DNA of 60,226 bases, the filler included, from Bipalium vagum (lineage: Eukaryota): the NCBI GenBank assembly GCA_037834085.1. It is 3 parts of 3 records of this genome, joined end to end, with 100 filler letters (N's around TTAATTAATTAA, not from the genome) between each part and the next. Parts side by side here need not be neighbours in the genome. Positions count along the whole stretch, not along the records: positions 17,095 to 34,696 come from JBBMKC010059399.1; positions 34,797 to 60,226 come from JBBMKC010194165.1; 1 more part is not named here. One strand, given 5' to 3'. How positions within the stretch are numbered: position 1 is the first letter of the stretch; every line of letters begins with the position of its first letter. The notes under the pieces are model-generated. The model was not told the origin of the DNA. It worked only from the letters and a program-made list of their open reading frames with translations, and searched no databases. Of this stretch, positions 24,001 to 38,400 are shown one piece after another. The translations under genes and the position numbers were made by a program.

Positions 24001-27000
24001 GGTTATGAGAATTTTCAATTTATTAAGCGATTTTCTTTAATTTTTTTATTGAGAGAAATTGTCCTTTTTTCAAAAGATACGATTTGTGTCTCATGTTTTC
24101 ATGGACTATATTTATGATGGTTCCCTCTGAGACCTTTAAATTTTTAGCAAGGATCCCTGTGGAATTTCTGGGGTTGTCATCAACAGTCTGCTTAATTTCT
24201 TTGACACAATCATATGTTCTCATTATGCAACAGCCTTTGGAATTTTCCTTACGTTTGGCCATTTTTGACACTGTACCATTATCGAGTTGACGCTCTTGTG
24301 GTACGTTATTCACAAATGATGGCTCGACTTTTAAAATTCGGGCGATTTCTAAATAATAATGACCAGCTTTCAAAGCCACTAGAATAGCATGTTGCTTCAC
24401 TTTTCAGTGAATTGGTCTTCCGTAGCACCCAGGTTGAAATTAAAAGATAATGAACACATTATTCAAAATATTCAAATTAGTAAATTAATTTAATAATGAA
24501 ATAAAACTAATATAAAAATTATTCTTTTATCACATTAACTTAAATGAAGAAAAATAGAAGCGCAGAACTGATCATTTCAAATCTTACGCCTATTCTTATA
24601 TATTATCATATACTATACAGGCATACATAGTGATTGCCATAAATAATCAAAAAATATATTAATTATTAAAAAACAATCTTTATTGAAGAAAATTGTTAAT
24701 ATTTTGTGTATTTATTATTATAAGATTTTTATTAATTGCTGAACCAAAATTACAAAAATTTTAGAGAAAATTACTGAACTCAATATAGCTAGTAATTATG
24801 AGAAATTATGAAATCTAAATTAATTCATAAAATTTTAAAAAATATATAATCTAGTTTTACATAAATAAATATATTTTTATAATTTATTTATATATAAGTA
24901 ATTCAAAACAGTCAGAATTGTTAATATACTATCATTTTATTGAATAAAATAATTAAATATGAGTGACTGAAGAACTGATATTTATAAAAACAAATTTAAA
25001 GTTTAAATGTAATTTAAAATTTATGTATTAGTAAAAATCTCAATTTAGAAATTGAAAAAGTAAAAGTTTAAAATATATCAAAGTTTTAAAATACGGACAA
25101 GATTAATTTTCAATTGAGAAACTTTGCAAAAATATGATATTTCATAAATGGAGAAAGAAATATTGAAAAGGTGAATTAAAAATCTGATTATTATAAAATA
25201 TGATAAAAGATTGGGTTATGTATTTTCAACAAATATCAATATTTAGATATAGTTAATATATTTAGATGTGATAGCTTTAAAAATTAAAACATAGATGCAG
25301 TAGAATATCTATTCCTATTAAGACGAACAATTAACCAATAAAATTGAAAAAAGTTGGAGAAAACAAAAATATAAAAGACTAAGATTTAATAAAGAAATTG
25401 AATAGTTAAGGAGCACAAACGGTAAACTATATGGCTTACCAAATATAAATAAAGAAAATCACAAACTACAACCACTATTTTGAATGATAAATAAAACCCA
25501 ATATTAAACTGCGAAAATTTAGGATGAATAAATTCTCTTTAAAGAACACAAAAGATAAATTCAAAGATTCATTTGAATTGTACATTTTTTCATTGAGTTG
25601 AGAATGAGAAAAGAAATAATGAAATTATTGATGACAGTTTCGTTGAAGATACGCTAATAATATTCTAGAATGAAAATGACATCGCTCCCTTTATACAATT
25701 AAAATATAAAATTTAAGATGGAGAAAGAAAAGATTTTAAAAATGCTATTTCTGATATTAATGATATATATTAAATGTAATGAAATATAATTAATGAAGAG
25801 AAAGAAATTTTAGATCAGTATTTATAAAAAAGATAGATACACAACTATATATATTCAAATAATAGTTTCTATGAGAAATATATAAGTGGCCTAATAAAAA
25901 GATTAATTCATAGAGTGTAGTAATTAGTGTCATATATAACATCTTTCACTAAGAGCTACCGAATGTTGTTGTTGAAAAAAATATTTATATTTTAAAAAAA
26001 CATCAAAAGCTTTATTTTATTCTAAAAAAACTCATTACAATTACTTAAGAAAGATAATACTGTTCAAATGACTGCCAAGACTTTTTTAAACATGATCTTA
26101 TTCTTTCCTCAAAAAGAGTTCCAATTCAACACGAACTATAATCCATAACAATATTCAAAAATTTGAAGACACTGGATCCGTATTGGACATGCCTAAAACC
26201 ATGAGTTTGAAAACCGCTCGTTCGGATAATATTATATGCGACGATTAAAGAAAACGCAAAGTAATACTTCAGGTTGTCAAATCGACCTCGTCCACAACAT
26301 CAGTGTGGCGAATTTTAAAGGAAGATTTGGAACTGAAACCTTAACAAATTCAGTTGACTTTTTTGTTAACTTAACTTATTTTTTTAAAACCTGCAGACCA
26401 TAGTGAACGTCGATTGTTGATTGTGTCCTCAAAAAAAGCGGCTGATCCAAATTTCTGGCAGAAAATCATTTTCAACGACGAAACTATTTTTCATCTCAAT
26501 GGCCTTTTAAACAAACAAAATTATCGTATTTGGTCTTCTGACAATCTTAGAGAAATTAAAGAACATCGTCATGCATCGTCAAGGTGTTGTTGTTTGGTGT
26601 GGTCTTTCATCTGAAGGTTTGATTGGACTTTATCTTTTCGAGGACGGAGAAGGGAATTTATATACGGTGAATTGGGAACGATATCGCAAAATACAAAAGA
26701 TTTTCTATTGTCTCATTTGAAGAACATAGATTTAGATAACTCGTGGTTCCAACAACACCATGAAACATACTACACAGTCAAAACAACAATATCTTTGTTG
26801 CAACCAAAGTTTGCAGGCCTATCTCCAAGTACGGTGATATCAACTGGCCGCCAAAACCGTGCGATTTGACACCGTTGGATTATTTTCTTTGGGAATATGT
26901 TAAAACCAATGTTTACACAAGCAACTCATACAGCATTAAACAGTTGAAAGATATTCAAAAAAAATATTCAAGATTAGCGAAATTAGACCAGATTTATGTA

Positions 27001-30000
27001 TGTAAGCGATAAAAAAATTTGAGGAAAGAATAAGATCTAATAAGAAATAATAAGAATAATAAGAACGATATTTTCTTTCATACAGGGTGTTCCATAAGTC
27101 CCCGAGGAAAGTAAACTTAAATATCTTTCATTAAATTCAATCAATTGAAATTTATATTTGTATAATATTAAAGTATGTAAGTCTAAGTTTTGTTTTAATA
27201 TTTTAAAATTAGATTTAGCAGATGCCGCTTGATTTGAAGTTAAGAATCAAATTTGAATAGCGTATTTTTAAATATTGTAAAAAGGATGAATTTATGTATA
27301 TCAGTTAATGGTAGTCATTTCGAAAAATTGTTTTAGATATTTTTAAATGAATTAAAAATTAAAAGATTTGTCTTTAATTTTATAAAGCAAGCGATTAAAT
27401 ATCTCAATCATCTGCTTAAGAAATATTTAATTTTACTTTCTTAAATTTACTTTTTTTACAACAATAAAATTCGGTAGCCGTTAGTGACACACCATTTAGA
27501 ATTTATAGAACTAGATATTATTAAGGAAAGATTAACAAACATTTCATATAAATATATATATCCAAATCATCAATGATACGATTAACAAATTAACTGAAAA
27601 GGATATGAAAAAGTGATTCAAATCTAAAATAAATTAGGGAAAAGGCGTATAAGCAGGTACTAAGAATACCATTTTCAAAACGGTTTTGAACTTCGAAAAT
27701 GTGAAAAAATCCAGGAAACACATTGTCAAATTTATTGGATATTTAAAAAATTTTTATTTATTGCATAATATTAAATGAAAAAGTTAATTGGTAAGTAGAA
27801 TCTGTAGCAATTAGTGTACTGTTCTTTGAAATTTAATATTGAAATAAATATTTCATCTGCGTATTATAAGATTTTTTATAACATACACATGAATTCTTGT
27901 GTACATTTTTGGTGAAATTTATTGGACATATATATATAATAAATGAATAATATCAAGGATATTTCATTATTTCTTTGATGAAATACAACATTTATAAACT
28001 AATCTGTAATTCCATCATAAAAGTCTTTAATCATATCAAGTTTATTGTTTTGTGCTCAAAATATTTTGTAATTTCTAGTCATAAGTTCGCTTTTGTCTTG
28101 AAATCCTCCGTAGATGCAATATGAGTAATAAAATATACAATAATTTAGAAAATATAATGTAAAATGTTCAATAAATTTGATAGGGATTGCATAAAAATCT
28201 GAAAGTATTTTTAATCACATGGAAAACAAAGAATAATTTAAAAATTAAAATGTCAACGTTATATACGAGCGTTGTTATTGTAGAGTTTTTAGAGTTTTTA
28301 TAAAATTTCATTGATCAGATATTTTTTTTTGTTTTTAAAACGGCAAAGATAAATATTCAGAAAATGTTACATTATTAAAGACTAATATATATCAGATATC
28401 AATATTACAAATAGTATCCTTCTAATGATAACAACCATATTTAGAATGATTACCATATAAAAGAAATATTATTTTAACGAGGTAATTTATTACTAAATTT
28501 AGGTGAATATCAAGGGATATATAATATTAGTGTTTTCCGAAAGTTCTCTCTGTTCTTTTATTAACTTCAAAATTTTAATACATAAATATTGTATTTTTGA
28601 ATATGCTCAATTATACAAAAATTTTCAGATCTAAGGAATTCTAAAGTTTCGACTTCAAACGCCTTTTATTTGACAGAGCAACAAACTGGAGACTTAAGAC
28701 ATTCATCAGTAAGAAACACCAGGAGTTACAATATGATAATAAGTACAAAAATGACGAAAAGCCAAAACTTTGTAGAAGTAATTGAGTATCACGTTAATTT
28801 AACCGACATTAAAAATCTGCCATCTAATTATTGATTAATTTGAAATTTCAGAAATGCAAGTGGAAAAGTGTTCTGTAAAAGATTGTTAATAGCATAAAAA
28901 TAGATTCCTTTTTAAAATGGAGTGCGTTCTATTCATGAATGAACTTTGGTCACTTATCAACATCTGTAATTGGAATTTTTTTCAACGTCTGTTACAATGT
29001 AAAAGAAATTTTTATTGGGAGCTTTAAAATAGATGAAATCATTACAGTGATCAGTTGATAACCATGAGGAAAGAGGTGTAAAAAAAGAGAGATTATAATG
29101 GTACATGGCAAAGATGAGTTATTTTATTAATAGAAGCGTGTTCTTTTATCTTCCAAAACAATTCTGCAACAATATAAAAAAATTGTAGGACCAAACGTAC
29201 ACTTAAGTATTTCAATTTCATCTTTTCTGGTAATTTTAAAATATAAAAATAAATCAAAATCATAGATAAAAAAAGTTTTATTATTTATGACATTAACTAT
29301 TTACCTTAAAGTGTCGAAAGACTAGGTAGATGCAAAAGTAAGTTATTTTTCAATAAAATTTATTTGAGTTGAAGTTTTTTAACAAAACAATGATCATTCA
29401 TCTTAACATTTGCTATTATTTAATTATTTTAATTATTAATTAATTTTATACCCGTGAGAAAAGAACAATATCTTTTTAGTAACTCAGTAATTTGAAATAA
29501 TAATGAGCAAGACATTGAAACCTGATGTTTTGCAGTTTTTCGAATTTCTCTTTATCGGAGCTTGACAAAGAAATTGCTTTGAACACAACGTCATTCCGAT
29601 CGTCTACCAATTCAATGTTTGAGTTACGGATAAGACAATCGTACCAAGACTTTTTCATCTGCATAATTTGGTCTGTGGAACATCCTACATAACTATGTGG
29701 CCAAAAATTTGGGTTCAACTGATCTGTATCTGAAAGGTTTATGTTAAACATTGGTCTCGATTGCAGATATTGTAACTGAGTAATGTCATGAGAACCCAAT
29801 TGTTGGCAGCAAATTACTGTCGAAAATAATAATGAAAATTAGTATTAAGAGAGCAGTAATTTAAAAATTGAAAATATTTTTTCGTAAATATTTATTCTAA
29901 ATGGTGATCAAAATATACATAATAAAATCAACCTTTTCAAATGAACTAACATATATAACAAATATTAATATATTTCGAAGTATGATTTGATGAAATCATA

Positions 30001-32709
30001 AATTTGCAAATTACAATTAAAATTATTATTTTTATCATTCTGTGCTTTGTACAAATATAAATGTCAAAACTAAAAATATATAATCGATACTGAAATCTTA
30101 AACTATATATAATATATACTATATATAGTTAAAAGGAAATATTTTTAAAAAACATAATTAAACAATAATTCTTAAACGTTACAAATGTATATCTAAATAA
30201 AAGAATTTCAATTAAAATAAATATAATGTACATTAAAATTTATAAAATTTTTATTATTTTCTTTTAAAATTATTGAAAAATTTTCATGAATATTTTCTCT
30301 AAAATCATTAAAAATAGAAATGTCAAAATTATTAAAATTAAACAAGTAAAATCATTAAAATAATAATAATTTAATATTTAATAATAATTTTAATTTTTAT
30401 TCCATTAAATTAGTCAATGGCAACAAAGAACCTTATCTGATTATTAATATATGCCAATTTTTAACTGTGTAGAATTTTATGATTTCATAATAATAATAAT
30501 AATAAATTTAGATTAATATCGAATATTATTACATTTTATTTCTTTATAAGCCATTCATATTATTTATATTTCATATTTTGTTTCTCAATTATCTGGATGA
30601 TATTAATAAAATAAAAATTAAGAACTATTTTCACCCTGCTGACAAACAGGTCCAATTGGAGGATTCGAGAGAAACATGATTCGTTTTCTTAACAATACCA
30701 ATTTCCACAGAGAAAATATTTGGATTCCAAATTCATGAATAAAGAAATCGTAGTCAAAAATTCCGTGTAAATTGATCTAGAAAACGAATGACTTTAAACA
30801 GTAGAAATGTTATGATTACTTCAATGTTTGTCAAATCAATGGAATGAGGAATAGAGATCTCCTTATTTTTACTAATCTGGTCAGAATAAAATGCGATCAG
30901 TTTATCATAATTGCCTGGGTGCACCAAAAGATTTCTTGAAAATAATTTATATTAAATAAGCCAGAAAATATTCGCATTACCAAATAGCACATCTTGATTG
31001 AGCATTTTATGAACATTAACTCTTTTAATCAAAGTCCCTAATTTTTTCAAGGAATGGAAATTGGGAAAAAATTATTTTAAATTGAAAATAAAGAATTAAA
31101 AAGTTTTTTCGACGCAGATTTTCATGAAGTAGAGGACTTAAAAATAATGGTGTAAAATTGCAGACTTAGTGTTTTACGTAAAGATATAGGTTGAAAGGAA
31201 AGCAAGAAAAACACAGGCGAAAAGATTTTTCCAAAGATTGATTTGAAATTTTATCAGTAGAATAAAAGTGGTTTAATGAGTGTTAATAAGTTGTATAAAT
31301 ACCTATTCGAAGTGGATCTATCATCGGGATTTCAAATTTAAAAATGAACGATTGCAGTGGATAGAAACTAGATATTCCTCTTGGAAACAGTTAAAGAACG
31401 ATAAGGAAAGGAAAGGTTATAATATCATTTTTTCGGATGAGAACGGTATTGTAATTGATTACCTTGGAAAAAGTAAAAATTGTTAACTCTGGTTACTATG
31501 CTAACTTATTGAATAAATTGAATGAAAGGATTCGTATAAGACCTGATTTGAATAAGAAAAAAAAGCATAATTCGTTTTATAGAAAATAAGTTTATAATTA
31601 TAATGTGGCAAGTCTATTACTTGCAGAAAAACAATGAAATCTATTACCATAGGCTATATATTAAATCGGAGTTGCTAAATAAATGTTCTGAAGAATCTCC
31701 AGCATAGTAGAATAAATAAAAATCAATGAATTTGGGTTTTGAATCGAATTGTGAAGTGTGTTCTGCACTTCAAAATGAAATTACAACAGCACTTGTGAAA
31801 TTGATAACAAGGAATGATCGACCGATATCTATTGTAGCGGATGACGAGTTGAAGCAATTAATAGGTATAAGAAAAAAATATTTAAAATAAAAAGATCAAA
31901 CCTTTCACTTATCTAATTTAGAAATAGTTTTGATAGTAACCCCAAAATACATATATATGCATATATTTAACATCAACAACGTTGTGATTGTAGAGCGAGA
32001 ATATTCAATTATACAACCATGAATAATATTGATAAAATACATTATTGTTCGTTTGAGACTTAGGTGAAAAAAGTTTCATTTGTCTTGTCTAATAATATTT
32101 TTCCATAAATCATACAGAAAAGTAGCACAAGTTTGTCAAATTCCAAGTAGGTAATCAATTATCTTCAAATAGAGATTGATGAAAATGAAAATAATTAGAA
32201 ATCTTTTCATTTCAAAGAAGGAAATGTAACAATTCAATTAAATTTCAATAAATTAAAGTTTATCCAGAACACCAATGCAAATAATAAAACAGGAAAGTTA
32301 ATTATGATAAAATAATGAAAATAAATCACCCGTAAAATGAAATTATTGGTAGAAAATTTAAATATAAATTATTTCATAAAATGTAGACAGTCACCTCACT
32401 GATAGGTCCAAAAAATCAATATACTGATGTAGATTTAAATACGAAGTCGACAGAATCCCCACTGTCTTCATAAGCACTCCTCTTTGGCCTTCGCCATGTC
32501 CTACCGGTCTCAATGCAAAACATCCAATTCCATAAAATTGTAAATGACGAAAATATCTTTTGGTCCCATTACATAAAAAATTAATTTTTAATAAAATGAA
32601 ACAACTAACACAAAATCTGATTTTACGTGATGAAAACCACTGACCAGAGCCTTAAATTCAATTCCGGAATAATTAAAGTCCCCAGGCATATACCATTCAA
32701 GAACGTTTC
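21005..32709 (-). CDS. DENND11: DENN domain-containing protein 11 (KIAA1147/LCHN), 5'-partial
   Basis: Seven GT-AG exons with matching phases: 32709-32610, 32556-32395, 30934-30820, 30776-30635, 29816-29522, 23124-23077, 21197-21005. Translation: [37 protein letters not shown]...[23 protein letters not shown]...SYVGCSTD...[10 protein letters not shown]...[20 protein letters not shown]. This is collinear with human DENND11 (GNMVEWCLP...[23 protein letters not shown]...FFLEQNNRIF...LLEAYGID...PCCP). Confidence 0.93.
21758..22728 (-). mobile_element. Degenerate Tc1/mariner-superfamily element with CAGG/CAGAG-type termini
   Basis: Weak TA-flanked inverted ends (CAGGATGTT...CTTTACAA and CAGAGTGTC...CTTTACAA). 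The minus-strand remnant [11 protein letters not shown] is typical of these transposases. Confidence 0.5.
23420..24420 (-). mobile_element. maT/DD37D (Bmmar1-like) transposase pseudogene in a DENND11 intron
   Basis: [20 protein letters not shown]...MRHKSY...[45 protein letters not shown]...ACRGF...ADGGYFE*. Confidence 0.88.
25130..25965 (+). mobile_element. Penelope-like retroelement reverse-transcriptase remnant
   Basis: [18 protein letters not shown] (cf. LYGLPK.HK...LRPI), FVEDTL (cf. YVDDT), [20 protein letters not shown]. Heavily decayed. Confidence 0.7.
26130..27080 (+). mobile_element. rosa/DD41D-type transposase pseudogene
   Basis: [46 protein letters not shown]...[28 protein letters not shown]. 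Confidence 0.85.
31290..31565 (+). mobile_element. mariner remnant (irritans/Himar1-like)
   Basis: [43 protein letters not shown] (cf. Himar1 VFWDAHGIIFIDYLEKGKTINSDYY..LL..L...I..KRPHMKKKK). Confidence 0.7.
31775..31870 (+). mobile_element. hAT (ZBED1-like) transposase fragment
   Basis: [30 protein letters not shown] resembles the hAT RP.SIV.D.G motif. The match is short. Confidence 0.5.
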
Positions 32710-34346
32710 CTGAATGTGGTATGTGCTTTTATGGAAACAATCATTTAATTTTATTTAATTTTTGATTTATGAAATTTCGTCAATAAGGAAATGAAAGAAT
32801 TATAATATTTAAGAAAAAATTTTCGACGCTTAAGTTATACATAAAATTTAAATACGTCCATTTTGTAAATATTAAGAAAGGTGATTTTTTCATTTAATTT
32901 CCGAAATTTTTATTAATTTAAAAAATTATTAAATTATTAAAGGCCAAGAATTTATTTAAAAGAATCCCGTTACATTGTGATAGAAAGTTTCTTTTTAATA
33001 ATTTTTAAGTCTATAAATTGTTAATCAAAAAATTATATTTTATAATAGAAAATATATTTGAATAATATATTTATGAAGAAATATATTTTATTAATTAAAC
33101 AAAGTCATTTAATAAATTATAGAAAATATTATAGAAAATTGTGATCTTTTAATTTCAATTTCAAAATTATTTTTTAATGATATTTTGCAATATTGATGGG
33201 ATTCCAAAAAACGGTAAGTTTCTAAACAACGTTGGTAAATAAATGGCCTGTTTTCAGGATCTGGGAGATGGTAATGAAGCATTACTAATGATATTAAAAA
33301 TATGATAATTAAATTATTAATTAATAAAAAATAATAACTATTAAGCAATTTATCAAGTGCTAAAACACATTTCTTATTATCCAAAATTATGTATAATTAA
33401 TTATTTTTTGAAATTTCAGATTTCTAGAACATTGTATAATTGATACGGGAAGCGAAATAGTAATTATTGAGAAGGACAATAAATTATTCTTGGCAGAATA
33501 ATGGAACTAATGACATGCATGTATAAATAATTAATAGTTTATGACAATATTGGATTGGTCGATCTACTACGAATATTCCTATGAAACAATCATCAAAGCA
33601 TTCGGGTGTGTCAAAGTTTTGAAATTATTCTGACAGGAATTATAGAGTTCTGATAAGTGTATATTTTGTTTATTGTTAAAAAAGAGTGAAAGATGAAATT
33701 GTTTTTTAAACCATACAAACCAAGATTAGTACCTGTTAAAGAAGCCTTTTAAACGAGTAAAGTTAAATCATTTGGCATTCAATTACTCATGAGATGAAAT
33801 GTCATGAATGCTAAATCATTACATAATTGAGATCATAATGATCCACCTACATCGGAACTTGAGAGTCATTGTCTATGTATGTTGTTAGTAAAAATAATTG
33901 ACGAAATAAAGTGAAGCATCTAAAGGAAAATATTAAAGATTATTGCTCTCGTGTCAATATATTGTATTAGGTGGATTATTATGATATTAATTAATTATGA
34001 AAGACTTGATAGGACTGAGTAATGGTTTAGCGCCCATTTGATATAAAAACATAAGTAATTGGAAAGTTAAGAATTGATATTTACTTCTTTTATTCATTAA
34101 AATGACCTATATTAGTCGTAGAAGTTTTAAGTTAATGAAATTGAGATAAGTAAGTTCAATTAACCTTTCATCAACCAAACTCCAATTTATTAAAATAGGT
34201 TATGATTTTAAATATTATTAAGTTTAAAGTTAGGTAAAGATCTTGTTAGGCGAGTCCAAAAAATGATCAAATGAGAAGCAGAAAACGAAAAATTAAAAAT
34301 ATGAATGTTATATATATATTTAAGAAGTTTTAAAGTTTTCTAATAC

Positions 34347-34696
34347 ACTACCGTCCATAAGTTTAATCGCACTTAATAAAATATACTCATGCTCAAAAAT
34401 GTTAGCCATGTAGAATTTATTACCAAAAATAAAGAACATGTTTTATTTAACTGTTTTAATCTATTTAATTTAAATTTAAATTTATTTTTAATCTAATTAA
34501 GAGTTTTTTGTTTTAATATTATATATATTAAATATATTTAATTACTAAATATGTGGCTAATAATAATGTGGCTTATCTAAAGCTGAAGTCGCACGTAGAG
34601 TGGGACATTCAAGATGTGCTGTCCGATATACCTGGAATAAATGGGAAGCAACAAATGCTTGTGACAATCTTCCAAGACCAGGCAGGCCGCGTTTGA
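34347..34696 (+). mobile_element. 5' end of a Tc1-like element, truncated by the scaffold spacer
   Basis: Terminus TA-CACTACCGTCCATAAGTTT, then GLSKAEVARRVGHSRCAVRYTWNKWEATNACDNLPRPGRPRL (paired-like HTH plus GRPR). Confidence 0.8.
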
Positions 34697-34796
34697 NNNN
34701 NNNNNNNNNNNNNNNNNNNNNNNNNNNNNNNNNNNNNNNNTTAATTAATTAANNNNNNNNNNNNNNNNNNNNNNNNNNNNNNNNNNNNNNNNNNNN
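34697..34796. other. Artificial scaffold spacer (44 N + TTAATTAATTAA + 44 N)
   Basis: Identical to 16995-17094. Confidence 0.95.
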
Positions 34797-35406
34797 TAAT
34801 AATAAAATAATAATAATAAAAAACAATAAAAAACTAGAAAAATAATAATAAATTATAAAGCAAAAATATAAATAGAATTATCATAGAGAAAAAAGTATTA
34901 AAAATTATATTTTTCACTTTATTATTCTAATTTCATCTATACTTTAAAATATAATAAATACAATTGTTTAAATTAGATTTACCCAATGAAAATAATTTTT
35001 AATCAAAATTTAAATAATTTAGAAAATATTTAAATTTTTTAAAAAATATATTTTTCATTAATTTTAAATAAATTAATCTTCATTATATATTCATAAATAT
35101 ATATTTATTTAAAATAATTAATTTATGAAATAAATAATTTGAACCTTTCAGACCTAACTGATGATAACGACCAGTGGGAAGTGAAATATTCCTAATTATT
35201 TTTACTACTTATATTACTAAACAACTGAAAAAAAATCAGAAAAATTAAAGTAAAAAAATAAAAATTTTCTCATTTGATCGTAAATTGAGATTTGTCAATT
35301 GATTTTTTTCATGAAGGTCTTTTCTATTATTGTTAAAAGAGCTGAAAACAATTGATTTTCAGAAGAATTAACTTGATTATTATTTTATTATCAGGATCAA
35401 GAAATC

Positions 35407-38400
35407 ATGATTAAATCATCCCGCACAATTCGAAGCTGTTCTGCCCTTTTGGTTTTGTCAGTAACGATGTTTATTTATATGACCGGTACCAATGAACAAC
35501 CCCGAACTCGATTCACTCGTGCCGTCCCGAGCTCAGTAGGTTTTCACTCCTCTTAAGCTGAAGATAATTTGTCAATTTTGTATCATTTATTTATTATTTA
35601 TTAGGCAAACCGTTTTAATGCTTATTTTATCTAAGAGCCTATTTGGTGGTCTTAACCTTGAAGTTTATCTAATGATATGGTTAGGGCTTTCACCTTGTAT
35701 GCCATTTCTTTACCCCTTAATTTTCGATCTGTGACTTGGGACGTTTATTTTACAAGAATTTGGTCTAGTAACTGCCTATTTTACATCTTCATTCTTTAAT
35801 ATTAATACAATTAAAAAGAAAAAAATTAAATTAATTAATTAAATTAAATTGAGTTAATTAAATTATCGAATCCTGTTTTTTCGTACTTCACTTTTCATTA
35901 CTCACAAAGATTTTCGATACAATTGAGGTTAGCAAAACTATCCCAATTCATTAATTATGATATAAAATTCAGAGCAGGAACATGAGATCTACTTTTTTTT
36001 CGTGTTATACAGCTCAAATCGACGAGCATTACACTCATTTGCCATTTTGTTGCTCTGTTATCCTCACACCATTTCACTCTATTTGTTTTATGCTTCATGG
36101 GTTCCATTAAGCATTTTCTTAGATGCATATCTTTAGAAACCAAATCGATGCAGGAAATTTAAGTGTTTAGTTGAACTTTTAGGGATCCAAAATTTGTTAT
36201 TTCTTTTTTCAGATCATAGATTGCTTTTGCGTCATATGTATTCTTTTTATTTTCTGACTCTTTCACTGCCTTTTCTTCTCTTAAGACTATCTTTGAAAAT
36301 TTTGAAAAACCCTTTTTACTGTTCTTAAAGGTTTTCAAGTTAATTTAGATATTTCTTCATAACTTTAAACTTTGGAGATGTACCGTCTTCATTTATATTT
36401 AAATTATAAGTAACGGAGGAAATGTTAAGTTGACAAGTATTACTAAAAGTATCCTATCCGGTGATTAAAAAATCTCATGACCTTAAAAATATTTTTATTA
36501 TTTAAACAGATTTAATGACAAAACTTAGTACCAAACTATTACTCAAAAAATGTTTTTGAACCAGTTTCACACTGTACATTTTTCACTTTTACTGCACACA
36601 TGCAGAATGATTCATTGATTTAAAGAGTGGTTTCTGCAGCATTATCGCCAAATTTGATTGGTTCTAATTGGTATTTTCCTAACACGACTTCTCCAAATTA
36701 TAGTAACATTAGTAACAATAGTAAAGTGAAGCCTGTGGACATATAAATCAATTTCTGCGCTTTCAAATGGTATATTAATTAATACGTTTAAACAAATATA
36801 TTTTTGAATATGTTTCTTTTGTGAAGTTTGAATATTTAAAAAGGACATTAATTTCACACAAACCCAAGGTATACATGACAATAATATTTTATCGTTATCG
36901 TCATTTCCAAATGACATTTTTATTATTTTAGAATACCAGCCAGAACACCTCTAGCGAAGCTAACACAATGAAAAATGCCAAAGGTATGTGATGATATTTG
37001 TTTTTATTAAAATAATATTGAAATGTAAGACATTATTACTCCGCTTTTTATTGGGTATTGCCATTTTATAATAACATTCATTACATACTGAATAATAAAG
37101 GAGGGCATTGTCACTTCGAGAAAGGAGAGAAATTAGCCTATCTATATTAAGGTATCATAATTATAAGGTAGATAGCTTAGTTAAGATAGTTTAGAGACTG
37201 TCGAAGACGTAAAGAAAATTTACTAAATTTATATTTTCCTGTTTGTCATGGGGAAAAAATCAAATGTATTTTACTAAATCGTTTCTGTTCAAGTGGGGGT
37301 GAGTAAAAATAAAAAGATTTTCAAACTGAAGATGATCTTTGATGATATAAGACGTTATCTTGGAGGTAATATATTTAAATTCCGTTTCTAAACGAAAGCA
37401 TAAGGTTTAAGAACGTGACAAGGTCCAATAATTATTGGAAAGGAAGTTAACAGAGTGATCGACAAAGTTTCAAGTAAGTGACCATAATCAGATAAATTAA
37501 GTCTTTTTTTTGAAATTTTTCTGTTTAAGAGAAAAGACAAATTCTTGACATAATGCAACTTTGGCCTGTTTTTAATAAAATTCTCCGTCAAATAAAGAGG
37601 ACATTTCTTATTCATTAATAAAAATGACGAAGTGAAATATTATTGTTTTACTAAACTGATTTCCTATTCTTGATCACCAGATTTCTTTAGACTTCTGATT
37701 CTGGGGTTAATTATAAATTAAGTATAATCTTAAACAATTTTTTCCAGTGATAATATTTACCTCATCAAAACCCTAAAAGTACCATTCTCATAGGTCTAAA
37801 GGAACTTTAGAGTAGTCACGAGCTCATTCTCTGATGAAAAATATAGATTTTTTACTTTATATTTTCAATAATGAATTAACACTCTTTTTTAATCTTCAAA
37901 GAATATTTTATTATCAACAGACTCAACTTGTATAATGTCAAGAACTTATCTTTTCTCTTATACACTTTTATCTGGTTGTTTATAAAAATAAAGGTAAAAT
38001 AGATAAAAAATAATTATAATTTTTTAAATAAAAAAATGGGCTAAGGTCTAATAAAAGACTTGTATTATTTGTCAAAAGAATACATAGGAAATTATATGAA
38101 CGTGATTTAGAAGATTAGAAAAAGATAAAATCAATAAAAATGGAATATATGAACATAAATAAATATAAAATAAAAAATAAAAATATCATTTAAAATCAAG
38201 CGAATCAAAATCATGAAAAAAAAATAAAATTTTCAATTTTTTTTGGTCAATTTAAAAGTAAATATGAAATAATATAAATGATAAAGTTTTATTATTGTAA
38301 TTTTAATCTGGTTGTTTAAATCGATGTGAGATTCATTACAATTTTGTTCTTAATTTAACCACAGTATTTTAAAATGGAGTAACGATTCGGTTTTTGTAAA

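Noticed and set aside
32710-35406. Bidirectional promoter shared by DENND11 and the ZIP gene
   Set aside because: An artificial spacer and a truncated Tc1 lie between them, so adjacency is unproven.
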